48,078 nt of DNA from Oscillospiraceae bacterium. Lineage in GTDB: Bacteria > Bacillota > Clostridia > Oscillospirales > Ruminococcaceae. The position numbers were made by a program, and so were the translations under genes. Location of the stretch: the NCBI GenBank assembly GCA_029068025.1, contig JAIEDJ010000168.1, positions 1 through 48,078 of the forward strand, in the 5' to 3' direction. The notes beneath the pieces are model-generated. The model saw nothing but the letters and a program-made list of their open reading frames with translations, did no database searches and had not been told where the DNA came from. How positions within the stretch are numbered: the stretch's first letter is position 1; each line of letters starts with the position of its first letter. This document shows positions 1-10,031 of the stretch, in pieces.

Positions 1-555
1 CAAGCGCAGACCGTCGATCCCGAAGTCTTCCTTCCAGCCCGTGATAACATCCTTGAGATATTGCTTTAGCTCGTGGTTGTAGAGATTGAGCTTGACAAGC
101 TCATAGTGACCCTCCCAGCCCTCGTAATAGAAGCCGTCGTTGTAGTTGGAGTTACCCTCGCGAACGTGAAACCAGTCCTTCTTTGAGCTGCCGAGCTTGT
201 GCTCGCGAACATCCCTGAAGTGAACGAAGTCGCGTCCGACATGATTGAACACGCCGTCAAGAACTACCTTGATGCCGTTCTCGTGAAGAGCTTCGCAGAC
301 CTTCTTGAAATCCTCATTGGTTCCCAGACGGCGGTCGATGGTCTTGTAGTCTATCGTATCATAACCGTGAGCTACGCTCTCAAATATCGGCCCGAAGTAG
401 ATGGCATTGCAGCCAAGCTCCTTGATATGCGGAATATCGTCAATAACACGCAATATCTTGTGTGTAGGCTCGCTCGTCTGATCATTCTGACGGGGACAGC
501 CGAAATACCCGATGGGATAGATGTGATAAAAAACCGCGTTCTCATACCATTTCAT
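1..555 (-). CDS. GH13 alpha-amylase family glycoside hydrolase (maltodextrin glucosidase/cyclomaltodextrinase-like), 3' end outside window
   Basis: Not in the ORF track because it is open at the window edge. Reverse translation from ATG at 555 gives MKWYENAVFYHIYPIGYFGCP..., ending GIDGLRL at position 1 (the GH13 catalytic DGxRxD region). RBS AAGGAG upstream. Confidence 0.88.
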   Translation of the reverse strand, partial: MKWYENAVFYHIYPIGYFGCPRQNDQTSEPTHKILRVIDDIPHIKELGCNAIYFGPIFESVAHGYDTIDYKTIDRRLGTNEDFKKVCEALHENGIKVVLDGVFNHVGRDFVHFRDVREHKLGSSKKDWFHVREGNSNYNDGFYYEGWEGHYELVKLNLYNHELKQYLKDVITGWKEDFGIDGLRL

Positions 556-610
556 AATAATTTATTTCTCCTTAAATCTTTTTATTGATCATTATAATCA
601 ACGCGCTTAA

Positions 611-639
611 ATTATACCATAAATTGTGCTGTTTGTCAA
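611..639 (-). promoter_or_regulatory. Sigma-A promoter of GH13 gene
   Basis: TTGACA-17 bp-TATAAT with TG extension on minus strand. Confidence 0.75.
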
Positions 640-743
640 GCGCCGAGGTCAAAAGGGACACTGCCGAGATACCTTTTGTTGTACAATTTCACCAAAATTT
701 TTAATATTTTTATAAAAAATATGAGATTTTTGTGAATAACATA

Positions 744-772
744 TTGAAATGCTAATTTAAATATGTTATAAT
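744..772 (+). promoter_or_regulatory. Sigma-A promoter of EAL gene pair
   Basis: TTGAAA-17 bp-TATAAT with TG extension. Confidence 0.7.
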
Positions 773-848
773 AAACTAAATAACTATGTTTATCTGCGTT
801 TGGCAGACAGACTTTAAAGTATATAAACTATTTGCCGGGGGATCATAT

Positions 849-3800
849 ATGACTTCAAACCGAATCTTCAACAGTGCCCGAATAATTATATTGGCTTTGA
901 TCATTTTGATCACGGCCGCTCCGTTTACGCCCGCTTTTGCAAGCAGTGAAAGATCTTACGTTGTCGGCGCGAATCAGCGCTTTGGCGCGTCGGCAAAGTC
1001 CGGCAGATACATAGGCGCGGGCTGCGATTATATCAACAAGATCTCGGCTATCAGCGACAACCGTTTTTCCTATACGTCCGATTCTCCCGAGGCGCTTTTC
1101 AGAAAGCTGATCGACGGTACCGTTGACATAATTCCCTGCGTTACACAAAGCGAGCTTGAAAAATATGAGCGCCTTGTGCGCGGCGATGAAGAAAGCGTTC
1201 TTCAGCTCGTCCCTTCACCGCTGTTTGCGAAGTTCTGCACTATTTCCGTCAACGGCACCGGCGAAAATATCAAAACCGAATTCGGCAACGAATATGAGAT
1301 CAGAAAACTCACTATCGGCTATCTCAAGGATGATGAATATGATTTCTTTGTTGACGGAAAATTCATCTGCAATGAGATAAGCGGCGCGAAATTCGTATCA
1401 TACACAACAGAAGAAGATCTCAGTGTGGCACTGAAAAGCGGCGACGTCGGTGCTGTTGCAAAAAACTGCTTTATTCACTGGGAAAATGAGACTGTCGTCT
1501 ACACCTTCAATCTCGAACCATGCTATTTTGCCGTCCGTGCGCACAATCCTGAGCTTGTGGAAGATCTGATCCGCGGGCTTGCCGATATTCTCGCATATTC
1601 CCCGTCGTTCACCGGCGATATTTATGAAAAATATATCTCCGATTACGGAAGTGTCAAATTTGCCTTTACAAAATCGGAAAGCGATTATATCACAAACAAC
1701 AGGCGTCTTGTTGTCGCCTACAATCTCGGGACCGACTATGCTCACTGCTGGGATGACAACACCAAGACCTTAACAGGCACACCGGCAAGGATCTTTGACG
1801 AGCTGGAAAAAAGCACGGGGTTCACCATAGAGGTGGAGCCTTTTGACGATCTCACCCAATGTATACGGCAGCTGATCGACGGCAGAGCCAATATGGTTTT
1901 CGGAGGAGTGTCCCCCGATGGGATAACCGATTATTCGGGCTGCTTCGTGACCTCGGCGGTGACGCAGTCGCCGCTCGTTATGCTCGGCAGCAAAGACAAG
2001 GAGGACGATACTATCTCTTCCATTGCCATGGTTGGATCCAACAGCAGCATTAAAAACGCTTTGTCGCGCTTTTATCCCAACGCCCGTGTGACTCCGTTCC
2101 CGACAGCGGAGTCCGCCGCCGAGCGTATCAGGATCGGCTCCTATGACGCGTTTTGTACAGGCACAAACACCGCGGTCTATCTGATGAGCCGCCGGAACAA
2201 CAACCTCAAAATGCTGAAAACGCTCTCGGTGAGCGTATCGGAATGTTTTGCGGTAAACAAGGCACAGCCCGATCTTTACAGCATTATCGAAAAGACGCTT
2301 TCCAGGATCAACCGCGGGGTTTCCAACGCGGAGACCTATAATATTATCAGCACTTTTGAAAACGCCAAGTTTGAGGAGCCGTCGTATTTGTGGCTTATAA
2401 TCGCGGGATTTTCGGCGATCGCCGTTCTGATAATAGGCGGCGTAATCCTCGGCAGTCTTGAGAACCATCGCCGTCTCGAGGTCGATTCTCTGACAGGCGG
2501 AAGAAACAAGCGGCGCTTTATCAAGGACTCGGAAAAGGCGGCAAAAAAGCTGGAGCCTGAACGCCTTGCAGCCGCGGTGATAGACATCGACAAGTTCAAA
2601 TTCGTAAACGACCGCTTGGGCTATGAAGAGGGCAACCGTATTCTTTCACGTATGTATAACACCATCAGCGACACCGTGGAAAAAGGCGAGGTATTCTCCC
2701 GCGTTTCCGATGACAACTTTGCGATCATTATGCACAACGGCTCCGATATGGAGCTGGAAACGCGCCTCAGCAATATCTTTGAGGAATTCAACCGGCGCAA
2801 CTCCATGCACACGTCGGTCCCGCTGTCGTTCAGCGCGGGCGTATGCCGTCTCGGACAGTGCAGACAGAAATTCGGAGCAGTGGATATCAACGCCGCAATA
2901 GACCGCTGCAATATCGCGAGAAAAACCATCAAGGAACGCAGAGGAAACGCGATAGCGTTCTTTGACGGCAAGATCCGCGAAAAGGAAATGCGCGAAAAAG
3001 ACTACGAAAATGAAATGCCCAACGCGCTCAAGAACAACGAGTTTGTCTGCTTCCTTCAGCCGAAATACGGCACAAGATCGCGGCATATCGAGGGCGCCGA
3101 GGCGCTTATCCGCTGGAAGAGCAAGGAATTCGGATTTGTATACCCCAGCGATTTTATCCCGCTTTCCGAAAAGAACGGATTTGTGGTGGAGCTGGACTTC
3201 TTCATTCTTGAAGAGGTATGCCGCCTTATGAGAAAGTGGCTTGACAACGGTCTTACGCCTGTTGTCATCTCTGTAAATCAGTCGCGGCTGCATCTCGATG
3301 AGCCGGACTACATAGGCAAGCTCCGCGAGATCGTTGACAAATATGAAGTCCCGTATGAATATATCGAGCTGGAGCTTACCGAAAGCGTTTTCACGGATAA
3401 CGCGGAGCTTATGATAAAAACCATGCAGAAGCTGCACGACGTTGGATTCAAGCTCTCAATAGACGATTTCGGCTCGGGATATTCCTCGCTGAATATGCTT
3501 AAGGATATGCCCGCCGACGTCGTGAAGATCGACCGCGAATTCTTTAACACCACCGCAAATTCCGAAAAGGGCAGAGCGGTCATATCCTCCGTTGTAGAGC
3601 TTGCCAACAGGCTTGATATGAAGGTAATTTCCGAGGGTGTGGAGACAGAGGAGCAGGTGGAATTCCTGGCGGAGATCGGATGCCAGCTGGTTCAGGGGTA
3701 CTTCTTCGCGAAGCCCATGACCGTCAAGGAATTCGAGACCCTTTGGGAAGAAGACCGCGCCAAAGATAACGATCAAGAGGTGATCCCAAATGAAAATTGA
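849..3800 (+). CDS. Membrane-anchored c-di-GMP phosphodiesterase: signal/TM, two extracellular solute-binding-like domains, TM, degenerate GGDEF, EAL
   Basis: Start at 849 after a GGGGGA RBS. N-terminal hydrophobic helix, TM LWLIIAGFSAIAVLIIGGVIL, DIDKFKFVNDRLG with SDDNF in place of GGDEF, intact EALIRW, ELTES, DDFGSGYSS and EGVET. Confidence 0.9.
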   Translation: MTSNRIFNSARIIILALIILITAAPFTPAFASSERSYVVGANQRFGASAKSGRYIGAGCDYINKISAISDNRFSYTSDSPEALFRKLIDGTVDIIPCVTQSELEKYERLVRGDEESVLQLVPSPLFAKFCTISVNGTGENIKTEFGNEYEIRKLTIGYLKDDEYDFFVDGKFICNEISGAKFVSYTTEEDLSVALKSGDVGAVAKNCFIHWENETVVYTFNLEPCYFAVRAHNPELVEDLIRGLADILAYSPSFTGDIYEKYISDYGSVKFAFTKSESDYITNNRRLVVAYNLGTDYAHCWDDNTKTLTGTPARIFDELEKSTGFTIEVEPFDDLTQCIRQLIDGRANMVFGGVSPDGITDYSGCFVTSAVTQSPLVMLGSKDKEDDTISSIAMVGSNSSIKNALSRFYPNARVTPFPTAESAAERIRIGSYDAFCTGTNTAVYLMSRRNNNLKMLKTLSVSVSECFAVNKAQPDLYSIIEKTLSRINRGVSNAETYNIISTFENAKFEEPSYLWLIIAGFSAIAVLIIGGVILGSLENHRRLEVDSLTGGRNKRRFIKDSEKAAKKLEPERLAAAVIDIDKFKFVNDRLGYEEGNRILSRMYNTISDTVEKGEVFSRVSDDNFAIIMHNGSDMELETRLSNIFEEFNRRNSMHTSVPLSFSAGVCRLGQCRQKFGAVDINAAIDRCNIARKTIKERRGNAIAFFDGKIREKEMREKDYENEMPNALKNNEFVCFLQPKYGTRSRHIEGAEALIRWKSKEFGFVYPSDFIPLSEKNGFVVELDFFILEEVCRLMRKWLDNGLTPVVISVNQSRLHLDEPDYIGKLREIVDKYEVPYEYIELELTESVFTDNAELMIKTMQKLHDVGFKLSIDDFGSGYSSLNMLKDMPADVVKIDREFFNTTANSEKGRAVISSVVELANRLDMKVISEGVETEEQVEFLAEIGCQLVQGYFFAKPMTVKEFETLWEEDRAKDNDQEVIPNEN

Positions 3801-6800
3801 TCATACCGCCGCAATGGAAAGAGCGCTCGAGGAGATCGAAAAGCTCAAGGCACGGCTCCGCTCGGAACGCATGCTGACCTCGCTCTCTTCGGAATATACG
3901 CGCTTTGGTCTGTGGGAATACGACATTGCTTCGGATACCTACTGCCAATACAAAAAAAGCAACGGCACCTATCTTGACGATCCGGAATACATATCGAACT
4001 TCCGCGAGACTATGACGGGACGCGGCAAGGTGTTCGCGGAGGATCTGCCGGAGTTCAACCGCTTCTGCGATTCACTCGCGCGCGGCGACAGTGAGGTCTT
4101 TTGCGTTATCCGCATGATCGGCGAAGCGCCCGGAATAGTAAAGCAGCGTTTTGAAGGAAAGGCTGCCCTCGACGAGGACGGGAAACCGTATAAGATCATT
4201 GGAAGAACTATCGACGTGACCGCCGACAATGACGGTACAGACGGCTCAATGGGCAGACGCGACCCGCTCACGGGGCTTTGCGCTCCCGAGCTTTTCCGTG
4301 ATATTATTGCGCAGAAGCGTTCCGGTATCAACCGCTACAACAACGGCGCGTTTCTGTCTGTGGGAGTGGATAAGTTCCGCGATATAGAAGCTGTACAGGG
4401 CAGAGAATACTCTGACTATGTACAGAGAACCATAGGTGGGATCATCGAGGATGTTCTCAGCAGCGAACGCGACAGCGCGATAACAAGGATCCGCAGCGGT
4501 GAATTTCTTATATATGTCAGCTACATAGGCGTAAGCGCTCCCGACAAGATCGCAAGGCGTATCCTCGATGAGGTGAACGGATTTCCGTTTGAGGGAACGC
4601 CCGCTAATGTCAGTGTCGGCATTGCCCGTCTGAGAAGCGGAAGACGGTTTGAAGACGTATACAACAAGGCTGTTCTTGCGTTGGCGGAAGCGCAGAAAAG
4701 CGGCGGAAACTGCTTTATGCACTACAGCATAACCATGTCCGCGGGGCAGAACAGCTTTGCTTCCGACGCTTACGGATCGCTGTCCTCGGGCGGTGCTTCA
4801 AAGGTATACGAGCTGATCCTTAAAGCGTTTTGCAGCGAGGGCGACCGTGCGGCAATAATGCGGACTGCCTTCAGCGTTGCGGGACAGCTTGTCGGAGCCT
4901 CCAATATCTACGCGTATTCGCTCGACGATCCTGATCAGCGGAGCACTATGATCTATGACGCTATAGGACTGCCCGCCGCAGAATGTCCCGGGATCGTGCA
5001 GCATTGCTCCGATGCCGATATCTCGGCGATATTCGGAAACAGCGACAGCGTGCGCATACACACCGCCGACGACAAAATAACCGGACTGTCACTGGAAAAC
5101 GGCGCGGTATGCGCGGAGTGCAGAGCTATCCGCTATAAAAACCGGATAACGAGATATTTCGCTGTAATATTCAACAGCAGATTCGAGCTTACGGAACAGG
5201 ATCTCCAGATCATTTCCGCTCTTCACAAGGCGCTCACGTCTATGACGCAGACACATGAAAGCGGAAAAAGCGGAAAAACGGCGCGCCGCCTGAACAGCGC
5301 CATCATCTCCGATCACCGCATGGAAGGCTTTTCCATCATTCCGGGAACGTTTGTCACCGAGTTTGTCGGAGAAAACGCGGCGGAGCACTACGATATGCGC
5401 CCCGGCGACATATGTTACAAAAAAATGTACGGAAGAGATGAGCCGTGCGAAAACTGTCCCGCGGTGAAGCTGGACAAAAGCGAGGATATGTTCGCGTCAT
5501 CGGCGTATTATAACGAAAAGGAGAACCGTTGGCTTGACGTTACCGCCTCCGTCGCGGAAAACGATCACGGCGAACGCCGCTATGTGGTAAGCTCCACCGA
5601 TATCACGGACTGTCTCGGAAAGATACAGATGAAGGATATACTCACGGGAGTTATGACATTCGACTCGTTCACAGCCGAAGCGCTTCGCGTGACCGCCGCG
5701 CAGGGCATTGACGACATATTCCTTGCTGTGGTGAGCCTTGCGGAATTCCGCAGGATCAATGAAAAACACGGCTTTGAAATGGGAAATTCCGTGCTGATAG
5801 CCATGGCGGAGATCTTCGGCAGCTGTCTCAGGGAAAACGAGCTTATCTGCCGTAGTACCGCCTCGCGATTTATAATTATGTTCAGAGAGCAGGACAGCAA
5901 TGAGATGTTTGTCAGGCTGTCCGCCATACTCGGAAGTATTCAGAAGCAGATATTCGACCGCTTTAAAATACAGGTCTACCTTGTAGCAGGCGTATGCTGT
6001 CCCGCCGACGAGGATGTCGGCCTGATGGGAGCGCTTGACAGGGCAGTCACCGCTAAAAACACGGTAAGCGACAGATCGTTCTACAACAGAAATCACATCG
6101 TATTCTATGACGGAGCGCTCAGTGAACAGCTCAGGGAGCGCCGCCATATTGAAGCGAATATGATGAACGCGCTGGAGAACAACGAATTTAAAGTATACTA
6201 CCAGCCCAAGGTCAGCATAAACACGGGAAAGGTGGTAGGCGCGGAGGCGCTTGTGCGCTGGATACGCCCCGACGGCGAGGTCATCTCCCCGGGAAAGTTT
6301 GTCCCGATCTTCGAGCAGAACGGCTTTATTACGGATATGGACTTTGCCATCTACCGCAGCGCTGTCGCGGACATTGCAAGATGGCTCAAAAACGGCATAG
6401 ATGTACCGCTGATCTCACTGAACGTATCACGTTTCCACTTGGGAGATGAGAATTTCATTGAAAAGCTCAGCTCACTGGTGGACGGTCTCAATGTTCCGCA
6501 CAAATACATCGAGCTGGAGATCACCGAAAGCCTGCTTACCGAGAATCTCGAAAAGCTGATAGATACGGTGACAAAGCTCAAGGACAAAGGCTTCAGAATA
6601 TCCGTGGACGATTTCGGTTCGGGGTATTCGTCGCTGAATCTTATCACGCAGCTTCCGTTTGACACGCTGAAGATAGACGGCGCGTTCTTCCTCAAGAACG
6701 AGCTGACCGACCGCAACAAAAAGGTCATCACATCTGTTGTGACGCTTGCCAAAAGCCTGAATCTCGAAACGGTATCGGAGGGCGTGGAAACGAATAATCA

Positions 6801-6906
6801 AGTCGACTTCCTCAAGGAGCTCGGCTGCGATATAATACAGGGCTTCTTCTACTACAAGCCAATGCCGAGCGAGGATTTCGGAAAGCTGCTGGCAGAGAAA
6901 AAATAA
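3790..6906 (+). CDS. Cytoplasmic multidomain EAL phosphodiesterase (PAS-like, two degenerate GGDEF domains, sensory middle region, EAL)
   Basis: GLWEYD PAS-like start. RDPLTGL...RSGEF and KDILTG...TASRF are degenerate GGDEFs. Intact EALVRW, DDFGSGYSS, EGVET. Overlaps the previous gene by 11 bp. Confidence 0.9.
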   Translation: MKIDHTAAMERALEEIEKLKARLRSERMLTSLSSEYTRFGLWEYDIASDTYCQYKKSNGTYLDDPEYISNFRETMTGRGKVFAEDLPEFNRFCDSLARGDSEVFCVIRMIGEAPGIVKQRFEGKAALDEDGKPYKIIGRTIDVTADNDGTDGSMGRRDPLTGLCAPELFRDIIAQKRSGINRYNNGAFLSVGVDKFRDIEAVQGREYSDYVQRTIGGIIEDVLSSERDSAITRIRSGEFLIYVSYIGVSAPDKIARRILDEVNGFPFEGTPANVSVGIARLRSGRRFEDVYNKAVLALAEAQKSGGNCFMHYSITMSAGQNSFASDAYGSLSSGGASKVYELILKAFCSEGDRAAIMRTAFSVAGQLVGASNIYAYSLDDPDQRSTMIYDAIGLPAAECPGIVQHCSDADISAIFGNSDSVRIHTADDKITGLSLENGAVCAECRAIRYKNRITRYFAVIFNSRFELTEQDLQIISALHKALTSMTQTHESGKSGKTARRLNSAIISDHRMEGFSIIPGTFVTEFVGENAAEHYDMRPGDICYKKMYGRDEPCENCPAVKLDKSEDMFASSAYYNEKENRWLDVTASVAENDHGERRYVVSSTDITDCLGKIQMKDILTGVMTFDSFTAEALRVTAAQGIDDIFLAVVSLAEFRRINEKHGFEMGNSVLIAMAEIFGSCLRENELICRSTASRFIIMFREQDSNEMFVRLSAILGSIQKQIFDRFKIQVYLVAGVCCPADEDVGLMGALDRAVTAKNTVSDRSFYNRNHIVFYDGALSEQLRERRHIEANMMNALENNEFKVYYQPKVSINTGKVVGAEALVRWIRPDGEVISPGKFVPIFEQNGFITDMDFAIYRSAVADIARWLKNGIDVPLISLNVSRFHLGDENFIEKLSSLVDGLNVPHKYIELEITESLLTENLEKLIDTVTKLKDKGFRISVDDFGSGYSSLNLITQLPFDTLKIDGAFFLKNELTDRNKKVITSVVTLAKSLNLETVSEGVETNNQVDFLKELGCDIIQGFFYYKPMPSEDFGKLLAEKK

Positions 6907-6938
6907 AAGCAAATAATAAGGGGCAGAAGAAACTTTAA

Positions 6939-6972
6939 AAACGGGCAGCGCTGCTTTAAGCACTGCCCGTTT
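6939..6972. terminator. Intrinsic terminator-like hairpin after EAL genes
   Basis: AAACGGGCAGCGCT / AGCACTGCCCGTTT inverted repeat. Confidence 0.6.
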
Positions 6973-7095
6973 AATATCTTTTAAATCACATAACCATCGT
7001 ATGATAAACCCGGCCAAGATCAGCGCCCGAAAAGCCTGACCGCCTCAACGCCCGAATAACACCGGTCATTGTAAACGTTTAAGGGCTTATATTAT

Positions 7096-7256
7096 TTCTC
7101 CACCTTTTTAACTTTGTTTTCAACAAAGAAAAGTGGCTGTTGGAACAAAAAATCCGATTTTTAAGTAAAAAATGTTGAAAACCTCCGATCATCTCGGAGG
7201 TTTTTAACATTTTCAACAGGTGATTCAACAAGTTTTACAGTTGATTCGGTTGAAAA
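7096..7256. repeat. Cluster of TTTTCAACA-like 9-mers (DnaA-box-like) around a 20-bp-arm palindrome (7169-7213, also a probable vWA terminator)
   Basis: TTTTCAACA at 7117(+), 7173(-), 7210(+); variants at 7096, 7138, 7201, 7222, 7248. Confidence 0.5.
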
Positions 7257-7269
7257 CTAATAAAGCTGT

Positions 7270-7917
7270 TTATCTTCTGCGCTTTTTGAAATCGGTCGTG
7301 ATCTGCTCGCTCCAGTTTTCGGAAAGTTTGGAGTTTGAACGCATCATGCTCACCGCCGCGCACACCGCGCCGTAGGTCACGTCCGTACCCTCGGCGTCGG
7401 CGATGTAGTCCGCCGTGCACTCCTTGGATATGCCGAAGCTCTGCGCGGTCTCCACCGCGTCGATATTAGCGCCGATAAAGAGGAACTCCCAGCCGTATTT
7501 CTGCTTTTGACGCTCTATCATATTCTTGACTTTGTCGCTTGTGTATGTGTGACTGGAGTTCTCCATGCCGTCGGTGATGATAACAAACAAGGTGTTCTGC
7601 GGCACGTCCTCGCTGCGCGCGTATTTGTGTATGTTGCCGATGTGATGTATCGCCGCGCCTATCGCGTCGATAAGCGCCGTGCCGCCCTGGGCTGAGTAGT
7701 CCGCGCGTGTCATTCCCGGGATCTTCTCCAGCGGAACGCGGTCGTAAAGAACAAAGCTTGTGTTATTGAACAGCACCGTTGAAACAACGCACTCGCCCTT
7801 CTCACCGCGCTGCTTTTCGATCAGCGAATTGAACCCGCCGATAGTGTCATCTGTCAGGCTCTGCATAGATCCGCTGCGGTCGAGAATAAATACCAGTTCG
7901 GTAAAATTTTCTTTCAT
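7270..7917 (-). CDS. Stand-alone von Willebrand factor A (vWA) domain protein
   Basis: MIDAS motif ILDRSGSM, GGTAL, IITDG; start at 7917 after GGAGG. Confidence 0.9.
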   Translation of the reverse strand: MKENFTELVFILDRSGSMQSLTDDTIGGFNSLIEKQRGEKGECVVSTVLFNNTSFVLYDRVPLEKIPGMTRADYSAQGGTALIDAIGAAIHHIGNIHKYARSEDVPQNTLFVIITDGMENSSHTYTSDKVKNMIERQKQKYGWEFLFIGANIDAVETAQSFGISKECTADYIADAEGTDVTYGAVCAAVSMMRSNSKLSENWSEQITTDFKKRRR

Positions 7918-7962
7918 AATGATGTACCTCCAAAAAATGTGATTGTTTTGCCTTACGATCAC

Positions 7963-8006
7963 ATTCTAACATATTTGAAAGAAAATTTGGTCGCTTGAAA
8001 AGCGAC
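7963..8006 (-). promoter_or_regulatory. Extended -10 promoter of vWA gene with upstream palindromic operator
   Basis: TGnTAGAAT at 7971-7963, no recognisable -35; GTCGCTT-N3-AAGCGAC palindrome at 7990-8006. Confidence 0.5.
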
Positions 8007-8008
8007 AT

Positions 8009-9079
8009 TTACTGACCCAGAAGCGACTGATCGAACGCGAACAGCGCTTCGTTTATCTCATAAATATCATACTGTTTATTCATTATAAAATACTCAATGA
8101 TAACATCAAACTTGCTGCTGTGCGACAGCGCGAAGCCCGCCTTTTCAAGCAGCTCGCGCGTTTCGGAAAGATCCAGCTCCAGCGCTATTGCGAACGCAAC
8201 GGCGGTCTGCTTTTTCGGACGGTAATTCTTGTCTCCACGTATCTTAGAGAACAGCTTGCGGTCAATGTTCGCTTTCTTGTAGACCTGCGGATCGGCAAGA
8301 CCGCGCTCGTCGATCATACGCAGCAGCATCTCGGAAAAGCTCTCATCAAGAGAGTTCAGCATATCCTCCAGGCTGCCGAAAGCGCTCTCCGCCGGAGCGG
8401 CGGCAGCCGGAGCCGCGCAGCAGATCTCAAGATCATCGGTATCGGATCTCTCATCAAATAACGGCGCTTTGTATTTTCGGTTTTCGGCGCGGTGCAGCTT
8501 ACCCTCGCTCAAAAACCGCGATCTCGGGGACGGATCCAGCTTTTCCTGTTCCGAAACATAATTCTCGTCAATATAGCTTTTGATATTCGAAAACCTGTCC
8601 TCCGCGATCACAAAAGCGTCCTTGTCAAATATGACGATGTAGATCATCATATCGTGTTCCGACAGAAAACGCGACGCGGCTTCCATCGCAACACGCAGCG
8701 CTTCCGCTTTGGGATAGCCGTAGATCCCCGAAGAGATCAGCGGAAAGGCAACGCTCCCGCAGCCGTTTTCCAACGCAAGCCGCAGAGAGTTCTCATAGCA
8801 TGAGTTCAGCATTTCACGTTCGCCGTTTTCGCCGCCTCGCCACACGGGACCGACCGTGTGGATAACATATTTGCACGCAAGCTTATAGCCCTTTGTGATC
8901 TTCGCTTCACCCGTTTTACAGCCGCCCAGCAGGCGGCATTCTTCAAGCAGTTCTCTGCCCGCCGCGCGGTGAATCGCGCCGTCCACTCCGCCGCCTCCGA
9001 GAAGCGAGGAATTCGCGGCGTTGACTATAGCGTCAACAGTCATCTTTGTAATGTCATTTCTTACTATCTCGATCGGCAT
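8009..9079 (-). CDS. MacroD/YmdB-type macrodomain (ADP-ribose binding/hydrolase) fused to a C-terminal XRE-like helix-turn-helix
   Basis: [51 protein letters not shown]; C-terminal [40 protein letters not shown]. Confidence 0.88.
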   Translation of the reverse strand: MPIEIVRNDITKMTVDAIVNAANSSLLGGGGVDGAIHRAAGRELLEECRLLGGCKTGEAKITKGYKLACKYVIHTVGPVWRGGENGEREMLNSCYENSLRLALENGCGSVAFPLISSGIYGYPKAEALRVAMEAASRFLSEHDMMIYIVIFDKDAFVIAEDRFSNIKSYIDENYVSEQEKLDPSPRSRFLSEGKLHRAENRKYKAPLFDERSDTDDLEICCAAPAAAAPAESAFGSLEDMLNSLDESFSEMLLRMIDERGLADPQVYKKANIDRKLFSKIRGDKNYRPKKQTAVAFAIALELDLSETRELLEKAGFALSHSSKFDVIIEYFIMNKQYDIYEINEALFAFDQSLLGQ

Positions 9080-9983
9080 TTTTGTTCTTTCTCACCTTTC
9101 CCGCAATATCGTCTATGGCGCGTGAATAAGCGCCCTTCCAATCGTTGTTCTCAACGTCGAGCACAACGGTTTTTGCTTTCATCAGCTCCAGAAGATCCAG
9201 CTTTTCGGCGTTGTTCTTTCCCGGAGGATTCAGCTCGTAAAAATACGTTTTCCCGACGCGGGCGCGTTCGCGCTTCTTGCGGTTGAGCAGCCACCACATC
9301 TCTATCTCCGCAAACCCGAACCCAAATCCGAGAATATACAGATCGCCCAGGATAAACGCGTCCGTCCACGCGTCTATCGAATGTTGTTCGCCGTTGTTTT
9401 TCTGCATATTGTAATACGAGCTGCCGCGCTTTTTATTGATGTCGAGTATCTTGCCGAGCAGCGTGCCGTAGTAATAATGCCCGAGTATCATCGAGTCGGG
9501 CTTCCGCGCTTCTCCGTGAATGTGCCAGATCCTCTGCTCAGCGCCGTTGTACATAACGCTGTTGTAGGTATGCAGCATGAAATTCGCTTCACAGCGCTTG
9601 ATCTCGTTTGTGTGCCGTTGACAGCGCTTAAGTACGCTCTCGCTTATTTTGTCCGCGCCGAGAGCGGCGGTCTCCAGCTCGTAGCTGTAGTTTGTGGTAA
9701 GTATCCCGTCAAAGCCTATGCCGAGAAGTCTTTGCAGCAGCGCCAGCTGTTCGGGCGGCTTGTCCGTTCCGAGATCGGCAAGCTGCGCTTTCTTGCTTTT
9801 CAGCGCCTTGTCAACATTATCCTCCGTGACAAGTATCGCCTTGAGCGTTTCGGGACACCGAAGCTCCTCGGCATCGTACCTGTCGGAGTGCTTGTTCACG
9901 GAATTGAGCAGCTCATTCCACGAGTCGCTGTGAAACGCTCTGTTTATGCCGTTCCCGATCAGCAGTATCTGCGGTTTTTTCAT
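9054..9983 (-). CDS. SIR2-like (SIR2_2-type) NAD-binding Rossmann protein
   Basis: [20 protein letters not shown] and LYILGFGF motifs of non-canonical sirtuin-like domains. Start at 9983 after GGAGGTG; overlaps the macrodomain gene by 26 bp. Confidence 0.75.
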   Translation of the reverse strand: MKKPQILLIGNGINRAFHSDSWNELLNSVNKHSDRYDAEELRCPETLKAILVTEDNVDKALKSKKAQLADLGTDKPPEQLALLQRLLGIGFDGILTTNYSYELETAALGADKISESVLKRCQRHTNEIKRCEANFMLHTYNSVMYNGAEQRIWHIHGEARKPDSMILGHYYYGTLLGKILDINKKRGSSYYNMQKNNGEQHSIDAWTDAFILGDLYILGFGFGFAEIEMWWLLNRKKRERARVGKTYFYELNPPGKNNAEKLDLLELMKAKTVVLDVENNDWKGAYSRAIDDIAGKVRKNKNADRDSKK

Positions 9984-10031
9984 AATGCTTTCACCTCCGA
10001 TGCCAAGCCGCCGCATTATTCTTATAATTGA

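Noticed and set aside
199-588. 129-aa plus-strand ORF, and the many other antisense ORFs overlapping long genes (e.g. 10291-10821, 26521-27519, 38729-39712)
   Set aside because: Shadow ORFs on the opposite strand of well-supported genes; no motifs or RBS
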